Shown one piece after another: positions 40,558 to 50,274 of a DNA stretch of 64,000 nucleotides (the first letter of the stretch is position 1; the number at the start of each line of letters is the position of its first letter). The notes beneath the pieces are model-generated. The model worked only from the letters and a program-made list of their open reading frames with translations. It was not told the DNA's origin and did not search any database. The position numbers were made by a program, and so were the translations under genes. The DNA comes from an uncultured Desulfarculus sp. (lineage in GTDB: Bacteria > Desulfobacterota > Desulfarculia > Desulfarculales > Desulfarculaceae), in contig CAXXUK010000002.1 of NCBI GenBank assembly GCA_963665125.2, positions 192,001-256,000 of the forward strand, given 5' to 3'.

Positions 40558-40566
40558 GACTCAAGC

Positions 40567-41298
40567 TCACTTCCAGGTCTGGACGCCCAAACCGGCCTGC
40601 CAAGAGCAGGGTGGTCTGACGTCGAAGTCGGCTATACGGTCGAAAATTTCGCTGCTGGGCCCGGCCAGGGCCAGACGCCCGTGGCGCAGCACCACCCAGG
40701 TGTCCACCAGATCGGCCAGGGGCTCCAGGTCGTGGGCCGTGACGATCTGGGTCAGGCCGCCCTCTCGGTTGTCGGCCAGGGTCTGGCGCATCTGTTTGAT
40801 GCCCGGATAATCCAGCCCGGCAAAGGGCTCGTCCAACAGCAGCACCGCCGGGTTGTGGTAAAGAGTGGCGGCCAGACACAGGCGCTTTTTCTGGCCCCAG
40901 GACAACTCGTGCACCGCCCGGTCCAGCAGATCGGCCAGGCCGTATTCCCGGGCCAGTTCCTCCAGCTCAGGCGGCAGGCCCTTGCCGTTTGTTTCCGCGC
41001 CCAGGCTGAGGTCCTCGCGCACCGTGGAGCCGATGATCTGCAAATCGGCGTCCTGCATGACCAGACCGGCCCGGCGCCTGATCCGCTTGAGTTTGCCCGG
41101 CGACTTGCAGCCGTCCACGCTGAGGCTGCCGCCGGTGGGTTCGTACAGCCCGGCCAACAGGGCCAACAGCGTGGATTTGCCGCTGCCGTTGGCCCCCACC
41201 AGGCCCAGAGTCCGGCCCTGGGCCAGTTCTAAGCTGACATCATCCAGGGCCTGTTCCTGGCCCGGATAGGCAAAGCTGACGTGTTCGACGTTGATCAT
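40567..41298 (-). CDS. ECF transporter ATPase (BioM-like)
   Basis: GANGSGKST, LSWGQKKR, LLLDEPFAGLD. Confidence 0.9.
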   Translation of the reverse strand: MINVEHVSFAYPGQEQALDDVSLELAQGRTLGLVGANGSGKSTLLALLAGLYEPTGGSLSVDGCKSPGKLKRIRRRAGLVMQDADLQIIGSTVREDLSLGAETNGKGLPPELEELAREYGLADLLDRAVHELSWGQKKRLCLAATLYHNPAVLLLDEPFAGLDYPGIKQMRQTLADNREGGLTQIVTAHDLEPLADLVDTWVVLRHGRLALAGPSSEIFDRIADFDVRPPCSWQAGLGVQTWK

Positions 41299-41846
41299 TT
41301 GGGCAGCAGCCGTTTGTCCTGCATGAACCGGTACACGGCCACGGCGGCGGCCAGCTTGACCAGATCTCCCGGCGCGAAGGGCAAAAAGCCCACGGTCAGG
41401 GCCTTGAGCCAATCCACGTCAAGGACCATCTTCAGCCGGGCCACGCCTATGGCGTACATCACCACAATGCCGAACAGGCCCCACAGGACGTCCCTGAGCC
41501 AGGGCAGACGCGCCTCCAGCTTGCGGGTGGCCATGCCGGTGATAGCCGCCTGGGCGATGAAACCGATCAGGAAACCGCCGGTGGGTCCCAGCAAATGGGC
41601 AAAGCCCGACTTGCCGCCCACGAACACCGGCAGGCCCGCCAACCCCGCGCCGACATACAGGCACAGGACAATGGCCCCGCCCACCGGGCCCATGATCAGC
41701 CCGGCCATCATCACGAAAAACGGTTGCAGGGAAAAGGGGATAGGGCCAAGGGGCAGTTGCAGATAGGCCCCCACGGCCGTCAGGGCCGCCAAAAGCGACG
41801 TCCAGACCATGCGGTTGAGGCTGGTCAATGATTCGTTTTGCTGCAT
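41295..41846 (-). CDS. bioY: Biotin ECF S component
   Basis: PIPFSLQ, GLPVF.GG, GPTGGFLIGF, PF.PGDLVK. Confidence 0.93.
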   Translation of the reverse strand: MQQNESLTSLNRMVWTSLLAALTAVGAYLQLPLGPIPFSLQPFFVMMAGLIMGPVGGAIVLCLYVGAGLAGLPVFVGGKSGFAHLLGPTGGFLIGFIAQAAITGMATRKLEARLPWLRDVLWGLFGIVVMYAIGVARLKMVLDVDWLKALTVGFLPFAPGDLVKLAAAVAVYRFMQDKRLLPK

Positions 41847-42064
41847 TGCGCCGAACTCCGGGAAAAAACCGCCGCGCCGGGCGGGCATCCCCGCCTGAAA
41901 CGCAGTCAATGGCAAAGCATAGCGTCCAGCCGGTAAACGTCAACCATTTTCGCCAATGGTTTACAAACAGCCGGCCATGTCTCTGTTTTTTCGCCGCGAC
42001 AGTGCTATAAATTACTGGAGGCGGGACACCTGCTCCGCCGCCCAGAGGCCACGGAGGTGCATTG

Positions 42065-42718
42065 ATGCGGATCATCATCACCGGCGACGGCTCGCCGACA
42101 TTGCACAACGAAAAATACGACGAGGCCTACCACTGCACCAGGGGAGCCGTGACCGAGGCCGCAGGCAAATACGCCGAGCCCTGCCGGGTGGCCGAAACGG
42201 CACGTCAAAACGGACTGTTGCGTATATTGGACATAGGCTTCGGCCTGGGCTACAACGCCTGCGCGGCCATTGACGCCGTGAGCCGGGCCGCGCCCCAAGC
42301 CCTGTTGGACATCGTGGGTCTGGAAAAAGACCCGGCCGCCCTGCAAGCCATCGCGGGCCTTGATCCCGGCTTGCCCAACTACGGCCTGATCAAGGCCTTG
42401 GCCGCCGCCCCCGGCGGGATGTTGCAACAGGGCAACATTAATCTGCGCCTGGTTTTGGGCGACGCCACCGAGACCGTCACCAGCCAGGACGGTCCCTTTG
42501 ACATGGCTTATCACGATCCGTTCTCGCTACGTAAAAACCCGGAAATGTGGACCGCCGGCTTCTTCGGCAATGTGCATGAGTTGCTGGTCCCCGGCGGCGT
42601 GCTGGCCACCTACAGCTGTGCCCGGCATGTGCGGGACAACTTGCGCGCCGCGGGGTTCAGCGTATCCGACGGGCCGGTGCTCAACCGGCGGGGGCCCTGC
42701 ACCCTGGCCTTTAAATAA
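42065..42718 (+). CDS. MnmC-like SAM-dependent methyltransferase (stand-alone)
   Basis: TGDGSPTL...YDEAYH, LDIGFGLGYN, HDPFS..KNPEMW, LATYS. Confidence 0.85.
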   Translation: MRIIITGDGSPTLHNEKYDEAYHCTRGAVTEAAGKYAEPCRVAETARQNGLLRILDIGFGLGYNACAAIDAVSRAAPQALLDIVGLEKDPAALQAIAGLDPGLPNYGLIKALAAAPGGMLQQGNINLRLVLGDATETVTSQDGPFDMAYHDPFSLRKNPEMWTAGFFGNVHELLVPGGVLATYSCARHVRDNLRAAGFSVSDGPVLNRRGPCTLAFK

Positions 42719-42735
42719 GGTTGACAGGTCTCTAC

Positions 42736-42757
42736 TATTTGGCAAAAATGCCAAATA
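42736..42757. promoter_or_regulatory. ArsR-type operator 1
   Basis: TATTTGGCA-N4-TGCCAAATA downstream of TTGACA (42721). Confidence 0.75.
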
Positions 42758-42774
42758 CAATCATGGAGGTCCCA

Positions 42775-43095
42775 TTGGATCAGGCCAGACAAAACAGGCT
42801 CGAAGCCCGGGCCCGGATTCTCAAGGCCCTGGGCCATCCCAGCCGCCTGCTGATATTGGAGGAATTGGCCACGGGCGAAAAGTGCGTGGCCGAGCTGACC
42901 AAGGCCGTGGGCTCTGATGTTTCCACAGTTTCCAAGCACTTATCATCACTTAGGAACGTCGGACTGGTCCACGACCATCGGCGGGGCAATCAGGTCTTTT
43001 ATCAGATAGCCACGCCCTGCGTCCTGAATTTTTTCAATTGCGTTGAGTCGGTAATCGAAGCAAACATCCAGCAACAGATCTTGTTGATAAAATAA
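42775..43095 (+). CDS. ArsR/SmtB family regulator
   Basis: KALGHPSRL, EKCVAEL, STVSKHL, PCV..FF.C; GGAGG RBS before TTG. Confidence 0.9.
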   Translation: MDQARQNRLEARARILKALGHPSRLLILEELATGEKCVAELTKAVGSDVSTVSKHLSSLRNVGLVHDHRRGNQVFYQIATPCVLNFFNCVESVIEANIQQQILLIK

Positions 43096-43109
43096 TTTTC
43101 TTTGATTTG

Positions 43110-43131
43110 TTTTTGGCTTTTTGGCCAAATT
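43110..43131. promoter_or_regulatory. ArsR-type operator 2
   Basis: TTTGGC-N6-GCCAAA, same core as operator 1. Confidence 0.6.
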
Positions 43132-43182
43132 GCACACAAGCACGCCGAATGTGATCCGTTATCAAAATAAAGGAGGGGGCCG

Positions 43183-43554
43183 ATGTCCAAAGAATGCGCC
43201 TGCAAAACCAACCAAGTGATGATCCTGGCCTGCTCAGGCGGTTCCAATGTAGGCCAGCTGAGCAACCAGGCGGCCATTGAACTGACCCGCGAGGGCGTTG
43301 GCACCATGTTCTGTCTGGCCGGCATCGGCGGCAATCTCTCCGGCTTCGTGCAGTCGGCCGTCGACGTCCCCAAAATGGTGGTCATGGACGGCTGCCAGAT
43401 AGGCTGCGCCAAGGCCATCTTCAAAGAGGCCGGTGTGGACCTGCGGGGGCATATCGTGCTGACCGATCTGGGCATCGAAAAGAACAAGGACTTCGACCTT
43501 AAGCCGGAAGACCTGGCCAAGGTCAAGGAAGCCGCGCGCAAGGCCATCGTCTGA
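43183..43554 (+). CDS. DGC-domain putative zinc-binding protein
   Basis: ACSGGSNVGQ, MFCLAGIG, DGC..GC. Confidence 0.88.
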   Translation: MSKECACKTNQVMILACSGGSNVGQLSNQAAIELTREGVGTMFCLAGIGGNLSGFVQSAVDVPKMVVMDGCQIGCAKAIFKEAGVDLRGHIVLTDLGIEKNKDFDLKPEDLAKVKEAARKAIV

Positions 43555-43579
43555 ACCGCCGACTGATTTGGAGGCTCAA

Positions 43580-44104
43580 ATGCTCCTGCAAAGCTATCGT
43601 AAGGAAATTTTCCGGGCTGACTGCAACCACAACTTTGAATCGGTCCACTGCCATGCCCACCTGGACCAGGACGTGGGCGAGTGCCTGCCCTATCTCAACG
43701 CCGAGTTGGGCGGCTTCGAATACATCGACGAGCCCCGTAGCGTGACCTTCCGTTCCCAGGGCAAGATAATCACCGTGCATCCCCGGATGATCGCCGTCAA
43801 CGCCCTGAAAGACGCATCGGACGCCGACAAGATCCTGGAATGGCTCAAAAGCGAGATCAACGATATTTGGGAGCGCAGGGAGGCGATTCAGCCAAGCTTT
43901 GAATCCGCGCCCCGGCCCAGCGTCTTGGAGGTTCTCAAGCTGCTGCCCAAGACCAACTGCAAAAAATGTGGTCAGCCCACCTGCATGGTCTTCGCGGCCC
44001 AGGCGGCCGAGGGAGGCAGAGGGGCCGCGGCCTGTCCGGAGTTGACCGATGAGGCGGCGCGAAAGCTTGACAGCTATCTGGCCGGTTTTTTCGGGGAAGC
44101 GTAA
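43580..44104 (+). CDS. Putative Fe-S cluster domain protein
   Basis: LPKTNCKKCGQPTCMVFA...CP. Confidence 0.85.
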   Translation: MLLQSYRKEIFRADCNHNFESVHCHAHLDQDVGECLPYLNAELGGFEYIDEPRSVTFRSQGKIITVHPRMIAVNALKDASDADKILEWLKSEINDIWERREAIQPSFESAPRPSVLEVLKLLPKTNCKKCGQPTCMVFAAQAAEGGRGAAACPELTDEAARKLDSYLAGFFGEA

Positions 44105-44213
44105 TTGTAACCTAATTGCGGCATACACTTAACACGCTTCCCGTGCGTTGGTCTGAAAATAACTACTCGGTGACTTTCAAAAATTATTGATGCTTGAGTA
44201 GTGAGGCCAATGC

Positions 44214-44636
44214 ATGGACAGAGTACTTTTTGTGTGCACTCATAACAGCGCCCGCAGCCAAATGGCCGAGGCCTATTTGCGCCAGATGACCGGCGAGCGT
44301 TTCGAGATTGAAAGTGCGGGCCTGGAGCCCACGGAAATCAATCCCCTGGTTGTTGAGGTAATGAAAGAAGAAGGCATCGACCTCAGCCGGAAAAAAACCC
44401 AGAGCGTGTTTGACCTGTACCAACAGGGCCGCCTGTACAAATATGTCATTACCGTTTGCGAGACCGCCAGGGAGCAGGAATGCCCGATCTTCCCAGGTAT
44501 CACTAAACGGCTGCACCTGCCTTTCGACGACTCGGCGCAGCTGACCGGCACCAGCGAAGAAAAATTGGCGGCTGTTCGCCTCATCCGTGACCGGATCAAG
44601 AACACGATGCAGGCGTTGTCTGAAGAACTGAATTAA
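44214..44636 (+). CDS. arsC: Arsenate reductase (LMW-PTP fold)
   Basis: CTHNSARSQMAE, ITVC, CPIFPG. Confidence 0.85.
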   Translation: MDRVLFVCTHNSARSQMAEAYLRQMTGERFEIESAGLEPTEINPLVVEVMKEEGIDLSRKKTQSVFDLYQQGRLYKYVITVCETAREQECPIFPGITKRLHLPFDDSAQLTGTSEEKLAAVRLIRDRIKNTMQALSEELN

Positions 44637-44688
44637 CGCCCACTATAGCGGTAGGCCACATTGACACCTACCGTTTTAATATGGTATT

Positions 44689-44710
44689 TATTTCGTTCAT
44701 TGGCGAAATA
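44689..44710. promoter_or_regulatory. ArsR-type operator 3
   Basis: TATTTCG-N8-CGAAATA; TTGACA at 44661. Confidence 0.7.
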
Positions 44711-44725
44711 TAAAAATGAGAAAAA

Positions 44726-45097
44726 ATGCAGGACATTACAGACATGATCAAGGCGTTGGCCGAAGAAAACCGGCTACGGGTTATCATGGCCCTGCGGGAT
44801 AGCGACTTGTGTGCCTGCCAGATCACCGAACTGTTGGGCCTAGCCCCCTCAACAGTATCCAAGCACATGTCCATCCTGCGTCAGGCCCGGTTGGTGGAAA
44901 GCTGGAAAGAAGGCCGCTGGGTCTACTTTCGACTGGCTGACGGCCAAGCTGCGCCGGGGGTGCGTGAGTTGTTGGACTGGGCCGCCAGATGGCTCCCCGG
45001 CACCAGACAGATCCAGCACGACGCCCGGCGCCTGACAAATGTATTGCAAACCGACCGCGAGGAACTCTGCAGGAAGCAAAACCAATGCAAAAAATAA
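44726..45097 (+). CDS. arsR: ArsR family regulator
   Basis: KALAEENRL, LCACQI, STVSKHM, GRWVYFRL. Confidence 0.9.
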   Translation: MQDITDMIKALAEENRLRVIMALRDSDLCACQITELLGLAPSTVSKHMSILRQARLVESWKEGRWVYFRLADGQAAPGVRELLDWAARWLPGTRQIQHDARRLTNVLQTDREELCRKQNQCKK

Positions 45098-45516
45098 AGA
45101 TTCTCTACCTTTGCACGGGCAACTCCTGCCGCAGCCAAATGGCCGAGGGCTGGACCAACCATTTGCGCGGCGATGAATTCGAAGCCGTCAGCGCCGGAGT
45201 GGCCCCCAAGGGCGTGGAACCGCGGGCCGTCATGGTCATGGCCGAGGCCGGGGTGGACATTTCCGGCCAGGGCAGCAAGGACGTGGAGCAGTTTATCGGC
45301 GGGGATTGGGACTGGGTGGTGACCCTGTGCGACAACGCCAACGAGGCCTGCCCGTTCTTTCCGGGCAATGTGCGGCGGGTGCACCGGGGCTTTGACGACC
45401 CGCCCAGACTGGCCCGGGGCGCGGACGATGAAGAACAGGCCCTTGCCCATTACCGCCGGGTGCGCGACGAAATAAAAGCCATGGTCGAGGCGTTGCCCGG
45501 ATCATTGGAAGATTAA
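45085..45516 (+). CDS. arsC: Thioredoxin-coupled arsenate reductase
   Basis: [27 protein letters not shown]. Confidence 0.92.
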   Translation: MQKIKILYLCTGNSCRSQMAEGWTNHLRGDEFEAVSAGVAPKGVEPRAVMVMAEAGVDISGQGSKDVEQFIGGDWDWVVTLCDNANEACPFFPGNVRRVHRGFDDPPRLARGADDEEQALAHYRRVRDEIKAMVEALPGSLED

Positions 45517-45527
45517 CCGGCGGCGGG

Positions 45528-46625
45528 ATGAACATGAACCAAGCAGCCCCCAAAAGACTGTCTTTTCTGGACCGCTTTCTGACCCTGTGGATATTCCTGG
45601 CCATGTTCGTGGGCGTGGGCCTGGGCTATCTGTATCCCGGCGTCAAGAACGTCATCAACTACTTCTCGGTCGGCACCACCAACATCCCCATCGCCATCGG
45701 CCTGATCCTGATGATGTATCCGCCGCTGGCCAAGGTCAAATACGAGCAGTTGGGCCAGGTCTTCCGCAACGGCAAGGTTTTGCTGCTTTCGCTTGTGCAA
45801 AACTGGCTCATCGGCCCGGTGCTGATGTTCCTGCTGGCCATTGCCTTCTTGAGTGGCCATCACGAGTACATGGTGGGCCTGATCCTCATCGGCCTAGCCC
45901 GCTGCATCGCCATGGTCATCGTCTGGAACGACCTGGCCAGGGGCGACACCGAGTACTGCGCCGGGCTGGTGGCCTTCAACAGCATTTTCCAGGTGCTGTT
46001 CTTTTCGGTCTACGCCTGGTTCTTCATCACCATGCTGCCGGAGTGGCTTGGCCTGGAAGGCGTGGTGGTGGACATCTCCATCGGCCAGATCGCCGAGAGC
46101 GTGTTCATCTACCTGGGCATTCCCTTCATCGCCGGGATCATCAGCCGGGTGGTGGGCCTGAAGCTAAAGGGCAGGGGCTGGTATGAAAACGTATTCATCC
46201 CCCGTATCAGCCCCATGACCCTTGTCGCCCTGCTGTTCACCATTCTGGTGATGTTTTCCCTCAAGGGCGACTATATCGTCGAACTGCCCCTGGACGTGAT
46301 CCGGGTGGCCATTCCTCTTACCATCTATTTCCTGGTCATGTTTCTGGTAAGCTTTTTCCTATCCATAAAGGCCAAGGCCACCTATGAGCAGGCCACAACG
46401 CTTTCCTTCACAGCGGCCAGCAACAACTTCGAGCTGGCCATCGCCGTGGCCGTGGCCGTGTTCGGCATCGACTCGGGCCAGGCCTTTGCCGCGGTTATCG
46501 GCCCCCTGGTGGAGGTGCCGGTGCTTATCGCCCTAGTGGGCGTGGCCCTGCGCTTCAAGCAAAAGTATTTCCCCTTTGCCAAGCAGACACCAACAAGCGT
46601 CTGCCACGTGACATGCCAAGACTAA
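45528..46625 (+). CDS. acr3: ACR3 arsenite efflux transporter
   Basis: [40 protein letters not shown]. Confidence 0.96.
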   Translation: MNMNQAAPKRLSFLDRFLTLWIFLAMFVGVGLGYLYPGVKNVINYFSVGTTNIPIAIGLILMMYPPLAKVKYEQLGQVFRNGKVLLLSLVQNWLIGPVLMFLLAIAFLSGHHEYMVGLILIGLARCIAMVIVWNDLARGDTEYCAGLVAFNSIFQVLFFSVYAWFFITMLPEWLGLEGVVVDISIGQIAESVFIYLGIPFIAGIISRVVGLKLKGRGWYENVFIPRISPMTLVALLFTILVMFSLKGDYIVELPLDVIRVAIPLTIYFLVMFLVSFFLSIKAKATYEQATTLSFTAASNNFELAIAVAVAVFGIDSGQAFAAVIGPLVEVPVLIALVGVALRFKQKYFPFAKQTPTSVCHVTCQD

Positions 46626-46641
46626 CCCCGCATCGAGGAAA

Positions 46642-47022
46642 ATGATGAAACGCTTCAAATTAGTTATTTGTCTTCTGTCCCTGACTCTGGTGTTGGCCCT
46701 TGGCGGCAACAGCATCGCCAACGACCAGGAAAAATATATCGTGCCCGGCAAGGTGACCCTGATCGACCTGGGCTCCCACAAGTGCCTGCCATGCAGGATG
46801 ATGACCCCCATCCTCAACCAGCTGAAAAGGGAATATGAAAACAAGGCGGCCATTGTGTTCCTGGACGTCTGGCAGGACCAGGAGGTGGCCAAGGTCTTCG
46901 GCATCAGGGTCATCCCGACCCAGGTTTTCTTTAATGAAAAAGGCGAGGAAATACTGCGCCACGAAGGATTCATGGACAAGCAGACCATCGTGGACCAGCT
47001 TGCCAGAATGGGCGTGAAGTAG
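46642..47022 (+). CDS. Exported thioredoxin-family protein
   Basis: Signal peptide, CLPC, IPTQVFF. Confidence 0.88.
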   Translation: MMKRFKLVICLLSLTLVLALGGNSIANDQEKYIVPGKVTLIDLGSHKCLPCRMMTPILNQLKREYENKAAIVFLDVWQDQEVAKVFGIRVIPTQVFFNEKGEEILRHEGFMDKQTIVDQLARMGVK

Positions 47023-47025
47023 ACC

Positions 47026-47730
47026 TTGGACCAGCTGCTGATCACCATAAACACCTGGATCACCTCGGGCAGCTGGGTGGCCGCCGCAGGCTGCTTTGTT
47101 TGGGGCGTAATCAGCGTGATGCTCAGCCCCTGCCATCTGGCCTCTATACCGTTGATAGTGACTTACGTGGCCGGCCAGGAAAAAGCCGTGAACCCGCGCC
47201 AAGCCGCGCTTTATTCGTTCATCTTCACCGGCGGGCTGTTCATCACCATCGCCCTTGTGGGGGTGATCTGTTCGATGATGGGCGTCATGCTTGGCGATAT
47301 CGGCCCGTACTGGACCATCCTGGTCGGCGTGCTGCTGTTGTGGGTGGCCCTGGACATGATCGGCGTCAGCGCCCTGTCCATGTCCGGCGGCCTGATGAAC
47401 AATCTCAAGGTCAAGGGCCTGCCCGGGGCCTTTGTCCTGGGCCTGGCCTACGGCGTATTGTCCGGCTCGTGCACCTTCGGGTTCATCGCCCCGATCCTGG
47501 CCATCATCACCGTGCAGAAGCAGATCGCCACGGGTCTGTTGTTCATCATATTGTTCGGCATCGGTCATTCCCTGCCCATCGCCCTGGCGGGCAGTTCCAC
47601 GGCCCTGGTGGGCAAGGTTCTGGAAAACGGCTCCTTTCAAAAGGGCAGCATGTGGTTCCGCCGGGTGGCCGGAGTGGGCATCGCCCTGTTGGGCGTCTAC
47701 TTTATCGTCTCACCGTTCGTCACTGTTTGA
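47026..47730 (+). CDS. ccdA: CcdA/DsbD-type transmembrane electron transporter
   Basis: LSPCHL.SIP and SCT..FIAP; about 6 TM. Confidence 0.85.
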   Translation: MDQLLITINTWITSGSWVAAAGCFVWGVISVMLSPCHLASIPLIVTYVAGQEKAVNPRQAALYSFIFTGGLFITIALVGVICSMMGVMLGDIGPYWTILVGVLLLWVALDMIGVSALSMSGGLMNNLKVKGLPGAFVLGLAYGVLSGSCTFGFIAPILAIITVQKQIATGLLFIILFGIGHSLPIALAGSSTALVGKVLENGSFQKGSMWFRRVAGVGIALLGVYFIVSPFVTV

Positions 47731-49094
47731 GCCTTATCGCCGTGTACAACTCCGCAAGGGCCCCGCGCCGGTTCAGCCTGATTTTGCTTGCCGCCGCATT
47801 TGTTTTTTGGGGGCCCGCCCAGACCAATGCCGAGCCCAAAAACTGGAACAGGACCAGCGAAGTCTGGAGCAACGACGCCTTGACCCTGGGCATGGGCCTG
47901 GAGGTGCGGCTGCGCTATGAATCCCTGGACGGCTACACCATCAATCGCTACGACCCCAAGGCCCACGACGATGTGCTGCTCAGCCGGATCAGGTTCAACA
48001 CATCTCTGGACACGAAATGGGGGCCGTCGGTATTCGTGCAGCTCCAGGACTCGCGCTTTTGGTTATCCATGATGGAGGACGACCCCTCGTCCAAAAGCCC
48101 GTACCAGAACCTGCTGGACCTGCGCCAGGCCTATTTCCAGTGGCTGGGCCTTGGCGGCTCGCCCCTGGGCCTGCGTCTGGGCCGTCAGACCCTGGTCTAC
48201 GGCGATTCGCGGATATTCAGCGAAAGCAATTGGGGCAACGTGGGGTCCTACACCTGGGACATCGGCAAGGCCATGTGGGACAGCGGCATATACAAGATCG
48301 ACGGGTTCTGGGGCCAGCGGGTCTATTACAACAAGTCGGCCTTTGACAGCGAACACTACGACTATGACTTGGGCGCGCTATACGCCCAGATCAACCCGGA
48401 GGGGCCATATGGCCTGGACCTGTTCTACGTGCGCAAGTACGACCTGGACGGCGTTTTTAAGGGCGAAACAGGCACCGGCGACCTTGACGTGAACACCATC
48501 GGCTTTTATGTCCACGGCAAGCGCGGCGGCCTGAAGTGGCGGGGCACCCTGGCCGTGCAAGGCGGTGATATTGGCGGCGACCGGCTGGAGGCCTGGGGCG
48601 GCAACGTCACCGTGGACTACACCTGGGCCATGCCTTTGCGGCCCGGCGTGGAGGCGGCGGTGTCCTATGCCTCGGGCGACGAAGACCCCCACGACGGCCA
48701 AGACAACACCTTCCAGCAGGTCTTCGGCGCGGTGGACCGCTACTACGGCCTGATGAACCTGTTCTGCTGGTCGAATTTGCAGGACTACCAACTGGGCCTG
48801 CGCCTGGAGCCGCTCAAGGGTTTCCACATGGGCCTGGACTGGCACCACTTCAGCCTGGCCCAAGCCAGCGACGCCTGGTATTACCGCAACGGCTCGGTCA
48901 TGCGCCGCGACGAAACCGGCCGATCCGGCACGGACCTGGGGCAAGAGCTTGATTTTTTCGTGCGCTGGAACCAGACCAAGCACATCGAATGGCGCTCCGG
49001 ACTGTGCCGCTTTTTCCCCGGCGAATTCATCCAAAACACCGGCCCTTCCGGGAATGCCACCTGGTTCTTTTTGCAGGTCAGGCTGTCGTATTAA
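47727..49094 (+). CDS. Alginate-export (AlgE-like) outer-membrane beta-barrel
   Basis: RLRYE, QLQDSR, DLRQAY, RLGRQ.L.YG, YASGD, LGQELD; terminal Tyr; start uncertain. Confidence 0.8.
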   Translation: MSLIAVYNSARAPRRFSLILLAAAFVFWGPAQTNAEPKNWNRTSEVWSNDALTLGMGLEVRLRYESLDGYTINRYDPKAHDDVLLSRIRFNTSLDTKWGPSVFVQLQDSRFWLSMMEDDPSSKSPYQNLLDLRQAYFQWLGLGGSPLGLRLGRQTLVYGDSRIFSESNWGNVGSYTWDIGKAMWDSGIYKIDGFWGQRVYYNKSAFDSEHYDYDLGALYAQINPEGPYGLDLFYVRKYDLDGVFKGETGTGDLDVNTIGFYVHGKRGGLKWRGTLAVQGGDIGGDRLEAWGGNVTVDYTWAMPLRPGVEAAVSYASGDEDPHDGQDNTFQQVFGAVDRYYGLMNLFCWSNLQDYQLGLRLEPLKGFHMGLDWHHFSLAQASDAWYYRNGSVMRRDETGRSGTDLGQELDFFVRWNQTKHIEWRSGLCRFFPGEFIQNTGPSGNATWFFLQVRLSY

Positions 49095-49289
49095 TCCGGC
49101 CGCCGATTCCCGAAGCGCCTCACTGCCCCGCCCCCTGATCCAGCATTAATTGCCTTTCAATCGGCCCCGCCCCTGAAGTATGCTTCTAGCATTCTTAAAA
49201 GGGAGGCTAGTAATTGCCTGCCCGATCATCCTTAGTCGAGCCGCCAAGCTATCCAACAAGTTGGGGCCACCACTAAGCAAGAGGAAAAA

Positions 49290-49739
49290 ATGGGAAATAA
49301 TACCAAAATCGGAATAGTCATTTGTGATCGCTACCGTGGGTGTGCCGGGGGGAAATGCTTTAGGTCAATGCGGGACAGAGAAGGCGCCTTTAAAATTTAC
49401 AACAAGGAGGACCAACTGGAAATCGTGGGATATACCTCGTGCGGAGGGTGCCCGGGGGGGAACATAGAATACGCCCCAGAGGAAATGCTCAAAAACGGAG
49501 CCCAGGTCATTCACTTTGCCACCGGGCTTGTCGTAGGGTATCCCCCTTGTCCGCATATTGCTTATTTCAAAAAATTCATCGAGGGAAAATATGGGCTGGA
49601 AGTGGTAATCGGAACCCACCCAATTCCTCAAAAATATGTTGAAGCACACAAAAAACTTGGGACCTGGGATGCACCCGAATGGGATGAATTTACAGCGCCG
49701 ACCCTGGACGATGAAAAAGTGCGTTTGGCCTATAACTAA
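49290..49739 (+). CDS. CGGC-domain protein
   Basis: CAGGKC, SCGGCPG, PPCP, VIGTH. Confidence 0.88.
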   Translation: MGNNTKIGIVICDRYRGCAGGKCFRSMRDREGAFKIYNKEDQLEIVGYTSCGGCPGGNIEYAPEEMLKNGAQVIHFATGLVVGYPPCPHIAYFKKFIEGKYGLEVVIGTHPIPQKYVEAHKKLGTWDAPEWDEFTAPTLDDEKVRLAYN

Positions 49740-49783
49740 GCCGAATAGTTTTAAGATATCCATTCTTCGCGGTTAAAACACAA

Positions 49784-49809
49784 GGGATTAGGCTTGACGG
49801 CCTAATCCC
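49784..49809. terminator. Hairpin at end of arsenic island
   Basis: GGGATTAGGC-N6-GCCTAATCCC. Confidence 0.5.
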
Positions 49810-49882
49810 GCATAATAGCTTCTCCCTTCCTCTGGCCATGCCTCCTAGAACAACATTAATCCCCTGTAGCTTGTTTGCTATC

Positions 49883-50254
49883 ATGAGCCCTGCTGCAAAC
49901 AATGCCTTTAGGGGCAGCCCCTTGAATGAAGCCCGCGATGCATATGAAAAGGCCACCGCTGAAAATTTACCCGGCGACGTCAATTGGCTGGACGAAATGA
50001 TCGAGTCCGGCAAAAGGTCGGACGCTGAGCTGGCCGCCGACAGGCAACTGGTCAAAGATATGGAGGCCCTGACCGAAGACCCGCGTAATGACCCCGGCGA
50101 AAAATGGGACCGCAAGGTGGGCTGGAAAAACGAGGCCCAGTATGAATATGCCGAGCGCTATCGCAAATTCGCCAAACTGTTCTTTGAGGTCAAGCTTGAC
50201 AACATGACCCTGGATTCCGATGATCTGCGAGGCGATCCCGGCGAAGGACGCTGA
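49883..50254 (+). CDS. Hypothetical protein, possibly a 3' remnant
   Basis: Charged helical coding-like sequence; no convincing RBS or start. Confidence 0.45.
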   Translation: MSPAANNAFRGSPLNEARDAYEKATAENLPGDVNWLDEMIESGKRSDAELAADRQLVKDMEALTEDPRNDPGEKWDRKVGWKNEAQYEYAERYRKFAKLFFEVKLDNMTLDSDDLRGDPGEGR

Positions 50255-50274
50255 TTCGCAGTAGGGGGGAAATT

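Noticed and set aside
47100..49094. 664-aa ORF
   Set aside because: The first ~209 codons shadow ccdA; the porin begins near 47727.
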